Of a DNA stretch of 64,000 nucleotides, positions 51,442 to 61,902 are shown in pieces. How positions within the stretch are numbered: the first letter of the stretch is position 1; every line of letters begins with the position of its first letter. The notes beneath the pieces were generated by a model. That model saw nothing but the letters and a program-made list of their open reading frames with translations. It made no database searches and was not told the DNA's origin. Both the position numbers and the translations under genes were made by a program. The DNA is taken from NCBI GenBank assembly GCA_044892525.1, contig CM097886.1, positions 123,442,001-123,506,000 of the forward strand, given 5' to 3'. The stretch comes from Schmidtea polychroa. Lineage: Eukaryota.

Positions 51442-52650
51442 ATGTCTGAACTACAAAATGATCAGGAAAACGATAGTGAATTAAAACAATTTATGGAACA
51501 AGCGGTTAAGATAAGAAAAGAACAAGATTGGAAACGACTCACAGATGCAAACAGCAGATATGTAATTCATAATGGAATACTTAAGTGTTGGATAAATGGC
51601 GAAGCGTTAATTATTATCCCAGCCAAGTACAGAGACGCATTACTGATGCAGTATCATGACGGAGCCTTGGGAGGTCATTTGTCAACGCGCAAGACGCTAT
51701 CAAGATTAAAACTGAAATACTTTTGGCCAACAATGGAACAAGACGTGAAAAATTGGTGTAGCAGTTGTAAAGTATGCATCACTCGCAGAAATACTGGTAA
51801 AAAGATCAAAGTACCATTAAAACCGATGCCAGTACCTGCAGCACCGATGGAGATGACGGCAATGGATATTCTGGAACCATTACCGGAAACAACAAAAGGA
51901 AACAAATACATTGTTGTTTTTTGCGACTATTTTACTAAATGGCCGGAAGCATACGCTATTCCAAACCAAAAAGCAGACACGATTGCTAGAATATTTGTGG
52001 AAAACATAATATTTCGCTATGGTACTCCAAAGAAATTGCTAACTGATCAAGAGAAGAACTTTCAAAGCGAAATGTTTAAATCAATCACAGACCTATTTGG
52101 GATTTGGAAATTGAATACTTCATCATATCATCCACAAACTGATGGATTAGTGGAACGATTTAATGGGACACTGATAAATATGATCTCATCATATGTGAAT
52201 CGAAAACAGAAAGATTGGGACGACTTCATTAAGCCGTGTCTATTTGCCTACAGAAATGCAGTAAATCAAAGTACAGGTGAAACCCCTTTTTATTTGATGT
52301 ATTTAAAGAAAAATAATATGCTGATTGATCTCAAATTCCGATCACCAATTTCACAATATATGGAGATACCCGAATATAAGGCATTGATGCAAGAAAGAAT
52401 GCAATCAGTATGGACTAAAGCCGGTTTGACAATAAAGCACAACCAAGAGAAATATAAAGAAGCCTACGATAAAAAAGTACATGCGCATGGCATAAAGATC
52501 GGAGATCTAGTATATCTTAACAGACCGGAACCTCTCAAAAAGCTATCACCGAAATTACAAAGACCATTTAAAGGACCATACAAAGTGTGCGACACCACCG
52601 AAACCAATTTAAATTGTTTCCATTCAGAAGTAAAAAGGCTAACCCAATGA
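51442..52650 (+). CDS. Integrase (HHCC, DDE, GPY/F)
   Basis: YHDGALGGH...WCSSCKVC, TAMDIL, LTDQ, TDGLVERFN, FKGPYKV. Confidence 0.95.
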   Translation: MSELQNDQENDSELKQFMEQAVKIRKEQDWKRLTDANSRYVIHNGILKCWINGEALIIIPAKYRDALLMQYHDGALGGHLSTRKTLSRLKLKYFWPTMEQDVKNWCSSCKVCITRRNTGKKIKVPLKPMPVPAAPMEMTAMDILEPLPETTKGNKYIVVFCDYFTKWPEAYAIPNQKADTIARIFVENIIFRYGTPKKLLTDQEKNFQSEMFKSITDLFGIWKLNTSSYHPQTDGLVERFNGTLINMISSYVNRKQKDWDDFIKPCLFAYRNAVNQSTGETPFYLMYLKKNNMLIDLKFRSPISQYMEIPEYKALMQERMQSVWTKAGLTIKHNQEKYKEAYDKKVHAHGIKIGDLVYLNRPEPLKKLSPKLQRPFKGPYKVCDTTETNLNCFHSEVKRLTQ

Positions 52651-52806
52651 TTGTCCAAAATTGAAACAGAAATTCCCAAAAAATCCAACACCAGTCAGCT
52701 ACATCAATAAAGTATTATATGTGACAACAATGCTGATGTAAGTAACAGTTGCGAGCGGCAAAAGGATTGATTTGCCATATGCGGTAAACAAAATCCAGGG
52801 AATGGA

Positions 52807-52859
<53 letters not shown>

Positions 52860-52860
<1 letters not shown>

Positions 52861-53875
52861 CACTCTAACAAATATTGTATGGAGTTGTGTATGCAAGATT
52901 ACAGACCAAATAGGAATTATTAATTTATTGGACAATACGGCACCAGTTGTAGAACTGAATTATGATAGAGATGTATTAGCGGCACGAAGTTTAAAGCCAA
53001 ATTTCAAATACCAATGGCTGTTGAGACAGAACATGTCAAAGTGGTACACGCAAATTTCGATAGAAGTGCAGACAAAAGAGATACGAAACTTGATCGAAAT
53101 AGAACCAGTAATAAATGGAATCAATATATATTGGAAGCCAGTGGACTTGGTGAAAGTGCGAATCACATTTCAAGGATTAAATGTCGACACCCTGAACTCA
53201 CGAAAATCATTTGTCCGTTATGAGAAATTGGAAATGAATCAGAATTATACAATCAGTGCAAACTACTACGAGAACATATGCCTCGACAATGGAACGGTAG
53301 TGAGAAACCAATGGTCACGGTTTAAGAGTGAGACCCAGTCCATCTATCTCAGAAACGAGACAAATCGTATAACCTTGAGTGTTGGAAATGGATCGGTAAC
53401 AATATATCGAAAATCAGGAAATGATGAAAGAGTTGTTATTAACTACAAACAGAGAACCCTGACTATATTAGATGCCGGTATTCATTTTTTTACAATTTAC
53501 ACTTCTGATTTAGAGATGGTATGGGAAATAACAGTTAAATATCAGCGTTGGATGACCGAACCAGGCAGATGGCAAACAATTTTCGTGGAAGTCAAAGCGA
53601 TCAACGAACCGAAACAAACGTTGTATACGACGACATCACCTTTCCAATTACCAACCCAAAGAACGACAAAACCTTTTATTAACACAAATAAACTAATGAT
53701 GACGGATTTGGATTTGACAGTCAACCATTGTGATTATCTCATTTACATTCTAATAACAGGTTTTCTCATTTTGTCAATAACATTCATAACTATCACCATC
53801 TTGATATGTGTAAAAAAGAGACAACTGACTATCCTTCAACCACCATCATATTCATATTATGAAACAAAACTATAA
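52860..53875 (+). CDS. Type I membrane protein with FN3-like ectodomain, Thr-rich stalk, TM and short tail (N-terminus obscured by a (TA)n tract)
   Basis: EIRNL.EIEP.INGINIYWKP...YEKLEMNQNYTISA (FN3-like), sequons NMS/NYT/NGT/NET/NGS, TM YLIYILITGFLILSITFITITILICV followed by KKR, and tail LQPPSYSYYETKL-stop. Confidence 0.65.
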
Positions 53876-54052
53876 ATTTGTGATCTGCATGCTATAAATA
53901 ATGTATAAATATATAACATTATATCGACAAAGTGCATGTTTTATGAGTATCATAGTATGAGCTGTGCGATTTGTTTGATAGGATTCAAGGCAAGGTGTTT
54001 GATGCTTTGCGAAGGAAGAGTGATAAAACTGATTATCATTTAATTTTAGACA

Positions 54053-54289
54053 ATGCAAGACGCCTCGGAAATGTCGTGCAAAGAGTGCAGAACGAATACA
54101 CAAGAATTGAAGCGGAATTTTCGAAGTATGTATGGTAGAATAACAGATTTGGAGGAAGAAAACTTCCATCTAAGAAAGCGGTTGGATCGCATGGAGATTT
54201 TATTATTTCAACATGAAGCGGACTTTATAATGTTTCGGATGAAAGTAGGAGTGTCGGAGGAATCGGAGGATGAGGGTGAGATCAATTAA
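54053..54289 (+). CDS. Small coiled-coil accessory ORF (CxxC, acidic tail)
   Basis: MSCKEC..ITDLEEENFHLRKRLDRME..EESEDEGE. ATG start preceded by a pyrimidine-rich tttag acceptor-like sequence. Confidence 0.45.
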   Translation: MQDASEMSCKECRTNTQELKRNFRSMYGRITDLEEENFHLRKRLDRMEILLFQHEADFIMFRMKVGVSEESEDEGEIN

Positions 54290-56021
54290 TTGGATTAAAT
54301 AAATTATGTGAACGGACCCTTGTTTTTTTTCGTCCTCGGAAAAATAGATAAAGTTAATGTATAAGTAAATAAATAAATAAAAAAATAGATGAATTAATAA
54401 AGAAAAAAGTTAATGTATAAGTAAATAAATAAACAAACAAATAGATGAATTAAATAACTAAAAAGACAAATAAATGAATAAATAATTGAGTAAATTCAGC
54501 AAATAAATAAAGTAAAATGAGCAAAAAAAATAAAAAAAAATAAATTAATTAATTAAATAAAATGAATGTTATAAATAAATGACTACTAATTGATAAATAA
54601 AGTAATAAATAAATTACTGACTAGTAATTGACTGAGTAGTAATTGATAAATAAATTAACATAACTAAATGACCATGAGTAACCTACTGGGGCTAGAGAAT
54701 AAAATTATAACCAATAATTATTAGTAAATAGGATTTTGGACACCGCAGTCCCATTCCTTGCGCACATTGCAAGGTGGGCGTCTCTCGAACCTACTGGACG
54801 TATCCACGCAGGCGAAGGTGCGTTTTAGGCCCTGTCGACGTAGTGGCAAAGGGACGCAGAAAAATGAAAATAAAAACCTGTTAGAATATCAGTAAACTAA
54901 CCATTTCACAACATCCAGATATTCAAACTTGGGTGCCGTAACAACCTAAATTAGTAATAGTTGAAAAATGAAATAAAGTAAAGCCTATATAAAAGTCCGT
55001 ACCATGGCGCCCCCGATATATGGTTAGTTGCAGAGAAATAGTATATGATAGTGTGAACAACCAGAAAGTAGATCTTTAAGAATTACGTAATACTAAATTA
55101 AAACAAAATTCATATTACCCGAAAAAATTAAAACAAGCGCAATCATTAACAGATAAAGGGTAGGTGTAATTAAAGGTTTGCTCTTATTGTAAAAATAAAT
55201 CTATACAAAACGGAAAATTGAAAGTAGATATCCCAAAACATGAGTGTAGGATAGGCAGTTACATAAGCAAAATAATAAATTAAATAAGTTAAAAGTAAAT
55301 AATTTCGTTTAATAAGCAACTACGAGCATTTGCAATCACCGTGGTTTGGCTACCCTGGACAGTGATTGCAAATGTTCGGTTGCTATGAGGGAATACAATA
55401 TGAATAACTAATAATTGAGGACAGCATAGTAAAAATTTAAAAGAATCACTTACGTCCATATTATTGAAAGATAATATTACTGGAAAAAAAGTAAGACAAA
55501 AATAAAATATAAAATTCTTACTTGAAGATTGAAAAAGCAAAACTAATGAGAAGCGGTAATAAGGAAACTTATATAGGGCGCTTATCAGTATTATAATCTA
55601 AACGGTGTACATTAAAAAAAAGCAGGGTAATTAATTATAAAACATTTCATCTAGATATCCGAAATATTAATGATTATCGCAGATAGGCCAGTATGAACAC
55701 TTGTCAACTTTATCAGGCGGATAGATAAAAGTGGCATATTGGCTTCTGAAACACCGACAAAAAGGATTGTTGATACTTGTTCCCAGTAATTACTCAAATT
55801 TTTCGTCAAAATCTGAAAAGCAGAAATACTTATTTGTTTACTGGTAAACTTCCTAAAATGATCACTAATGCGGGTCAATTCATTCCGTCGCAAATGCTTA
55901 AGAACTCGAGTGCAGAGATGATGGGCAGTCTCTCCAATGTATGTGGCATTACACCTATAATATGAAAATTGATACACGAGTTCTGAACACAGATCAACTG
56001 GAGTTGGAGACTTATTAGTGA

Positions 56022-57559
56022 TGTTGGGTATATTGTAGTTGGTCAGTGATTATTAAACTGCCAATTACTGATCCAACTCCAAGCGTATTTTTTAATAACG
56101 ACAATGATAAGTCCCAACCACGTAAAACTTTATTGATTAGTTACAACAACAATTGTGATTAATTGTCGATTTTCGCGTCTGTGTGCGCTTTGTACTGGGT
56201 TTTGGAATCTTTTGTGTGCGCACACAGACGCGGACAATTGTGAAGATTGTCGAGATTAGTTTTTTGGATCGATTTCTGGATAGTATCGGTTTTAGATTGT
56301 TTTAAAAAGGAGTTTTGATCGAGTTGAATTTTGGTTTCGAGTTGTTTTCGAATTTTTGAATTCCTGTCCTGTTGGGAAAATATAGGACTTTGATATTATT
56401 CGTTATAACTCAATGGAAAATAATGATGATGCCTTGAATGCTTTTCATATTATTCGTTATAACTCAATGGAAAATAATGATGATGCCTTGAATGTTTCTC
56501 ATATTATTCGTCATGTTCCTGTTGGACATACTACAAACGAAACTGACGGTTTTATGACTCCAAGAGATCCTGATAACTTTAATAGTGTTTTTGGCCAACT
56601 AATATCAAATTTATTTGGTGGATTGCTGCCGCAGGATTTTAGATCCGATTCGTCAGATTACATATTTTCAGATCAAAGTTTTGACAAGTGTGTAACGAGT
56701 ATTAAGAATCAATTTGAACAAAGTGGTCCTCCACTAGCAAATGAGGCAGATATTGAGATATTACAAGTCAAGAAAATCACCGCAGCTAATGATACAGGTT
56801 TCATTTGTCTGCCAGATTATGAGGTGGCCGATGAAGTGCACGAGTTGCTCCGTCGAGGAACGCGGACGATTATACTAAGAACCAAGCTTCAAAGGACAAT
56901 TAAACAAATTGGCTACAACAATTCAACGATACCTATTTTCAATACACTTCAAATGTTTCAGATTCTTATAATAAACTTTTGGGAGGAATAGCACAATAAT
57001 GACAATACTCTAAAGACACAACCACCTGACTACTGCCGGTAACGGGCGATTCGCTAAATTGATCTGATTGCCTTTAACTTGATTTGAGTTTCTAAATTAC
57101 TTCTGGTTTATTAATTCAATACGCAAGCTTCTTCCAAATCCTTCCTGGTTCTCAACAATTTATTTTAAATCTCCTCGTAAATTCAAATTTCTCACAAATT
57201 TTCCTTCTAGCAAATGTTCTCTCTTTTCGTCTCAAATTTTTCTCGTCTCTGGTAATATGTGTTCAGTTTTTATACCTTGTCATTTGATGGCACTTATTGA
57301 TAATTCATTCCTTTTTTCACCTGTTCCAATGGGCACTCCGTAATATCTGACAGCTATCGATATATATATATATGACCTTTTTTATTAATTTGTCTGTTTT
57401 TATTGATTTTCTTCTGTTTCTTTCTCATTTTGCAATATCTCTCTTCCACTCCTATTTCACTGAGTTTCGTAACAACACCCTATTTATTTATCATCATTTC
57501 CCCAATCATTTTACACATTTAATAATTATTTTTATTTTATTATTTAAGTACCCTCAACA
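56022..57559. mobile_element. Solo LTR (1538 bp)
   Basis: TGTTGGGTA...TACCCTCAACA termini and a 4-bp TSD gtga/atga. Removing it restores the Penelope reading frame (SMF|TNKSP). Confidence 0.82.
56413..56991 (+). pseudogene. RNF126/RNF115-like E3 ligase fragment inside the solo LTR (RING truncated)
   Basis: SDYIFSDQSFDKCVTSIKNQFEQSGPPLANEADIEILQVKKIT..FICLPDYEVADEVHEL matches the family pattern GDY.W.Q.GLD.IITQLLNQFE.TGPPPA..E.I..LP...CPVC..DY..GE.V..LPC. A 54-bp tandem duplication lies at ~56394-56501. Confidence 0.65.
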
Positions 57560-58749
57560 ATGAACATGCTACCAATCTTGGAAAACCTTGAAACAATCCT
57601 AAATATAGTCTTATCTACATGTTTAAGGATCTTATGCTTAAATTCTCTGAATCCATCAGAATAAGGTAATATTGAAACGTATTTTTGATCGGTGTTCTTT
57701 GATCGAATTTTTCACCTTCAGAACTTTATAACATATTTACCTCAACATCAAAAAAATCATTAGTTCCAGATAAACATGTGCAAGGATCATGAATATTTAA
57801 CAGCCATTTGTCAATGGTTTCTTTTGTCATTTAGAATATTCATTTTTCAAAAGAAACACAACCAGAGAATCAACACTTTCCACTGAATTGATAAATCTAA
57901 ATGATAAAGACTATGCACAAAAGATTAATCCTTTGAACATATTTCGCTTGTATTTATATTCACAAAAGCTTTCAGTAATATAAAGTCCAGTATCAGTCGC
58001 TTTTTTGTATATTTCAGCCTGATAGTCTTTTCCTTTCATTGAATAAGTAGATCTAAAAATGGTATCATAGACATTTTTTCTTCTTCATACGTAAATTTAA
58101 TATTCATATGCAAATTATCAATATAATTTAAGAAAGGCCTTACATGTTCATGATTCTCAAACACTAAAAATATATCATCAACATATCGTTTATACGCAGT
58201 TGTTTTAATTAAATTGTATGAAATATTTTTTCTAAATTGGAATATAAATAGACTTCATTGTTGAAGCCAAAAGAACCCATAGCAACACCTATTTATACTA
58301 ATCATTATTAGAAAAAAATCACATTCGAAGTTTCAAATTCAAGTAGTTTACGAAATACAATTTCATCAACATTCTCATGTTCGATAACATATCTTTGCCA
58401 CAAATTGCAAATCAGACAAGCCGGTTAATTGGCTCTTACAAGAACGCCCAGGATTTACAAAGTCTATACCAGTTTACACATCATTGTCGTCATTTTGATA
58501 CTGCATACTGTCGTTAAAAATCAGGGACAGGTGAGCTGCTGTCTTACTACTCTCTCCATATTTTCTAGCGGATTCTTAACGGCCAATTGATCATCTCCTC
58601 CTTAGGGTGGTCATATTTTCCCTACCAACAAAGTGGTATTAAATATCCATGACCCTCCCGTTTTAAGTTGACCCCTTTATTAAAACAAGGATTGACAAAA
58701 AACACCAACAGTTAAAGTTATATTTATACGACAATAAAAAATGGTTAAT

Positions 58750-59350
58750 CACAGAAACACAGCAAAATCAATAAGGGGTAATTCAAAAGAGTTCATATCC
58801 GACCGCCGTTCCATTGATTAATCTTGATCGGATCAGGCAATCCAACGGGATCTGGAACGCTTCAACATATTTTTCACTCGACATCGGCCAACAAATCGTC
58901 CAGATCGAACACGTTATCTTCAGATGTCATTAAATACTTCTCTTCGGATAGCTCCAAAAAGGGGTTGTCAGTGCACAGTTGATTCAACGCCACGGCTATC
59001 CGCGCTCGATTCTTAAAATTCTGTTTCACTTTTAATAAATTTCACTTCTTCGACTTGAGAATTCCAGATACGGCGGTAAGGAGGCTAAAATCGACGATCT
59101 GTATGACCACGATAGGCAGATTTAGTTTGGCCGAAGTTGGAACAGAAGATGTCGTTGCCAATGAAGAGCATCCGGGGCAAGATACTGACATCATCATCTC
59201 CGGTAGTATATGATAGGCCGAAAAAATATTAGCCTTCTCTGCCCTCTTCATTCCTAAAATACGAAACTCGAGCTTGCGTGCGGTATAGATCTGATACAGA
59301 GCCTGAGAGTGCTCCTGTATCACGGTCCCCTGGACCCTGCTTTATGTGAT
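58750..59350 (-). pseudogene. Possible Helitron-associated protein remnant
   Basis: KNRARIAVALNQLCTDNPFLEL resembles the RR.RI..AL..L...NP.Y segment found upstream of Helitron Rep. No Rep or helicase motifs were seen. Confidence 0.25.
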
Positions 59351-60079
59351 CAGTCTATCACTACAGATGGTGGATCTTCTGGTTACTTTCTTTCATCTTG
59401 AGGGGAGTGAATCAGGGTTTTCCTAGACGCTCGATTTTAGCTTCGGGAAGTCGGATCTTTTCCTGCTGCTTGCGGATGACTTCGTTCATATCAGAGCATG
59501 AGAAGTATGACTTTAAAGGTTGTGATTGACTGTGCATTGAATTATATAATAAATACAAGACCGAATATAATTGGAGAAGTTATTTCCACAAAATAAAATA
59601 TCCATATTTATTGAAATGACTGAATCGACAAGTTGGGTCGAGATTACGGGAAAAGAACAACCGAGCTTGGTGATGATGACGGGGGAAATTTTTATCCCTA
59701 CCGTTTACTTTAAAGGTTGCGCTCGTAATAATAAGTAATACCCGAGAAACATCATCGCAAAATAAAGGGTATGCGGCCATGTAGTTTGTTTGCCCCAAAT
59801 CTTGAAAAGAATACAATCCGTGTTGACTTAGTTAAATCAAACGAGGATCTACGAAACTAAATGATAACGTGATACTTTCTGAAGTTTAGATTCGTGATTT
59901 GCAAAATTATATAGTTGGAGATGTTTGACTTTGCAAAAAGAACTTGGAGGATGTTTGACAGTGTGACCCATATGTTACTCTAAAATTATCTACAGTCAAG
60001 AGAGAAAACAAGGTATCAGGTAATTTAGAAGTGAAAGCATTTATAAAGGATTAAAAGAATGTAATGTCATTGTGTTGGG

Positions 60080-60300
60080 TTGTATTATCATTTTACTTTA
60101 CATGGGGTTAATATTACTATCTTTACCCTGTTTATTACTGTTTCCCTGGTCTCTTATTATTATTCTTACCATTATAAGTATTATCTTTATGATTATCATT
60201 ACAACTATGGTTATCATAAGTATTATTACTATAATCCCTTATATGGGTATTATTACTATAATTCTTCTTATTATAAATATTACCATTATAATTATTATTA
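60080..60300. repeat. Low-complexity TAT/TAC-rich tract
   Basis: Repeated tattattac/attataa motifs that produce spurious Tyr/Ile-rich ORFs. Confidence 0.7.
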
Positions 60301-61817
60301 GAGGAAATTGACAAGGGCTATCTTGACAAGAGTCTATACTCGATAAAAAAGTGAGATTCAACAAGTCTACCGATATTAGGTCATTTTATTGCCTATTGCC
60401 GGTATGCTCCTAAGATATTAACTCCAATTGTGTATTCTCGCTGGGGTTTGCATAACTCTTGTTTGATCTATTGACTCTTCGACAATTTTCAGCTTGTGTG
60501 GAACTTCGTTACGACCCCTGGAGGATTTTTGTTGTAATCTCTTTCTGCGCAATGTGATTTTATGAAAAGAACACTCAGTGATGACCGCGACCAGATCCCT
60601 GTTCAGAGCCCTCGTCGAAATCATCCCACTGTTAATGAGCATTTATCGTGAATTGGCCTGAGAGATAGCAACTAGTACCTTCCCCTCATCACTTCGCGAT
60701 ACCTACTACACTAATTATATATATTAAAATTAAGGACCTTGGATAAAAAGAAAATGTGCCTTTAAAACGTATAAAATTACATTAATAATTTAGAGGAAGA
60801 ACAAATTCTGAAAATAATTTTTAATGAAAAATAAGAATGAATTACATTTTCATAATACTAAATATAACAAAAATAAAAATAATAATAAATTTATTACCGA
60901 TAGTGCTATGAATATATATTCTAAGTTAATAGTAATAGAGATTGAAAGGAAATGAACTCCAAAAACTGGATTATAAGAGTTTTGATGAAATAAACAATTA
61001 CGATTCAACTAATTGTCAGAAAATTGGCATTCAAAACCACAAAAGTATTCGCTTGAACTTGAAAGTACAAGAATTTAAGGTATAAAAGGTCGCTGGTCGA
61101 AATTAGAGTCACAGCTTACAAAAATGGTTAAAAGTAAAAAGGTAAAGTGCCCGTTTTATATAGTTTCTCAATCAGGATCGATCATGTGTGCTTTTCATCG
61201 GAATTTATTTTATTTTTTGATTTTAAATCATTTTGATTGATTCATTTCTTTAATTGTTTTAAATTACTATTTTTTTACATTTGTTGGGCTAAACTTCGAG
61301 AGTGTCGAAAATCGGGCTAAGAACGAATAAATAGGATGAAACAAATTTTCAATAAAATCACGAGAAATATAAGAATAACTAAAGCAGATAACAATAAAAG
61401 AAATAAGAATATAAAAGAAATAAAAATAACTAATAAAACAATAGAATGCATAAGGCGAAATAAGGTGAAATTACCCAACACACATGGTAGGAAAAGGAAA
61501 AAAAAAACATAAAATAACAAAAAACGTAAGAAATAAACGAGAAATTTAAGAAAATAAAATGGAAATCCTCAAATAAATGTATAGGCGAATTAAAACAAAA
61601 ATTGTATTACGATAAAATGACAATAAACGCGCAGGAAAAACGGGAGGAAAATAATAAAAAATACTAAAATAAAAAAAAATATATTAATACAAATAGGAAA
61701 AGTTATTAAAACCCAACACATTTCAATAAAAACACCTAAATAATAATAAATAAAAAATATCACAAACAAGGCGCGTCCTGATTGGACGAAGAATAGTATA
61801 TAACGGAAGGGAAAAAT

Positions 61818-61902
61818 CTGTAGAGTACCACTTTTAATCGCTACTCTACAGGTAAAAATTTTTGTTTTATTATGAGTACCACTTTTAATCGCTACTCTAC
61901 AG
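61818..61902. repeat. 29-bp direct repeat pair; the first copy sits in a 10-bp-stem hairpin
   Basis: gagtaccacttttaatcgctactctacag at 61823-61851 and 61874-61902. Stem ctgtagagta (61818-61827) / tactctacag (61842-61851). Confidence 0.8.

Larger units (their letters stand above)
42823..54289 (+). mobile_element. Decayed Ty3/Gypsy LTR retroelement with an accessory cassette: gag-UBL-(CARD?)-UBL-Bcl2-glycoprotein-PR-RT-RH-IN-FN3/TM-small ORF
   Basis: LTR-like region plus PBS, followed by collinear same-strand domains in canonical PR-RT-RH-IN order. Many stops and frameshifts. No 3' LTR matching the 5' one was found. Confidence 0.92.
55600..58400 (-). mobile_element. Decayed Penelope-like element interrupted by a solo LTR
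   Basis: FRKLLEF..GVAMGS, KRYVDDIFLVF, PFLDL and EIYKKATDTGLY (57900-58400). ILPY..IVSRFSKIGSMF (57560-57680) resumes after the insertion as TNKSPTP..LVYQFSYYRCNATYIGETAHHL (GIY-YIG, 55650-56020). Confidence 0.88.

Noticed and set aside
45701-52691. Short minus-strand ORFs across the Gypsy element
   Set aside because: Antisense shadows of purine-rich coding sequence with no motifs.
52700-52900. PHD finger after integrase; ORF start MPYAV...(IY)n
   Set aside because: Cys/His spacing is incomplete, and the IY repeat is a (TA)n microsatellite (52808-52858) that happens to keep the frame.
54925-54943. gggtgccgtaaca as the 3' end of the big element's 3' LTR
   Set aside because: The upstream sequence shows no similarity to the 5' LTR, which ends aacccaaca.
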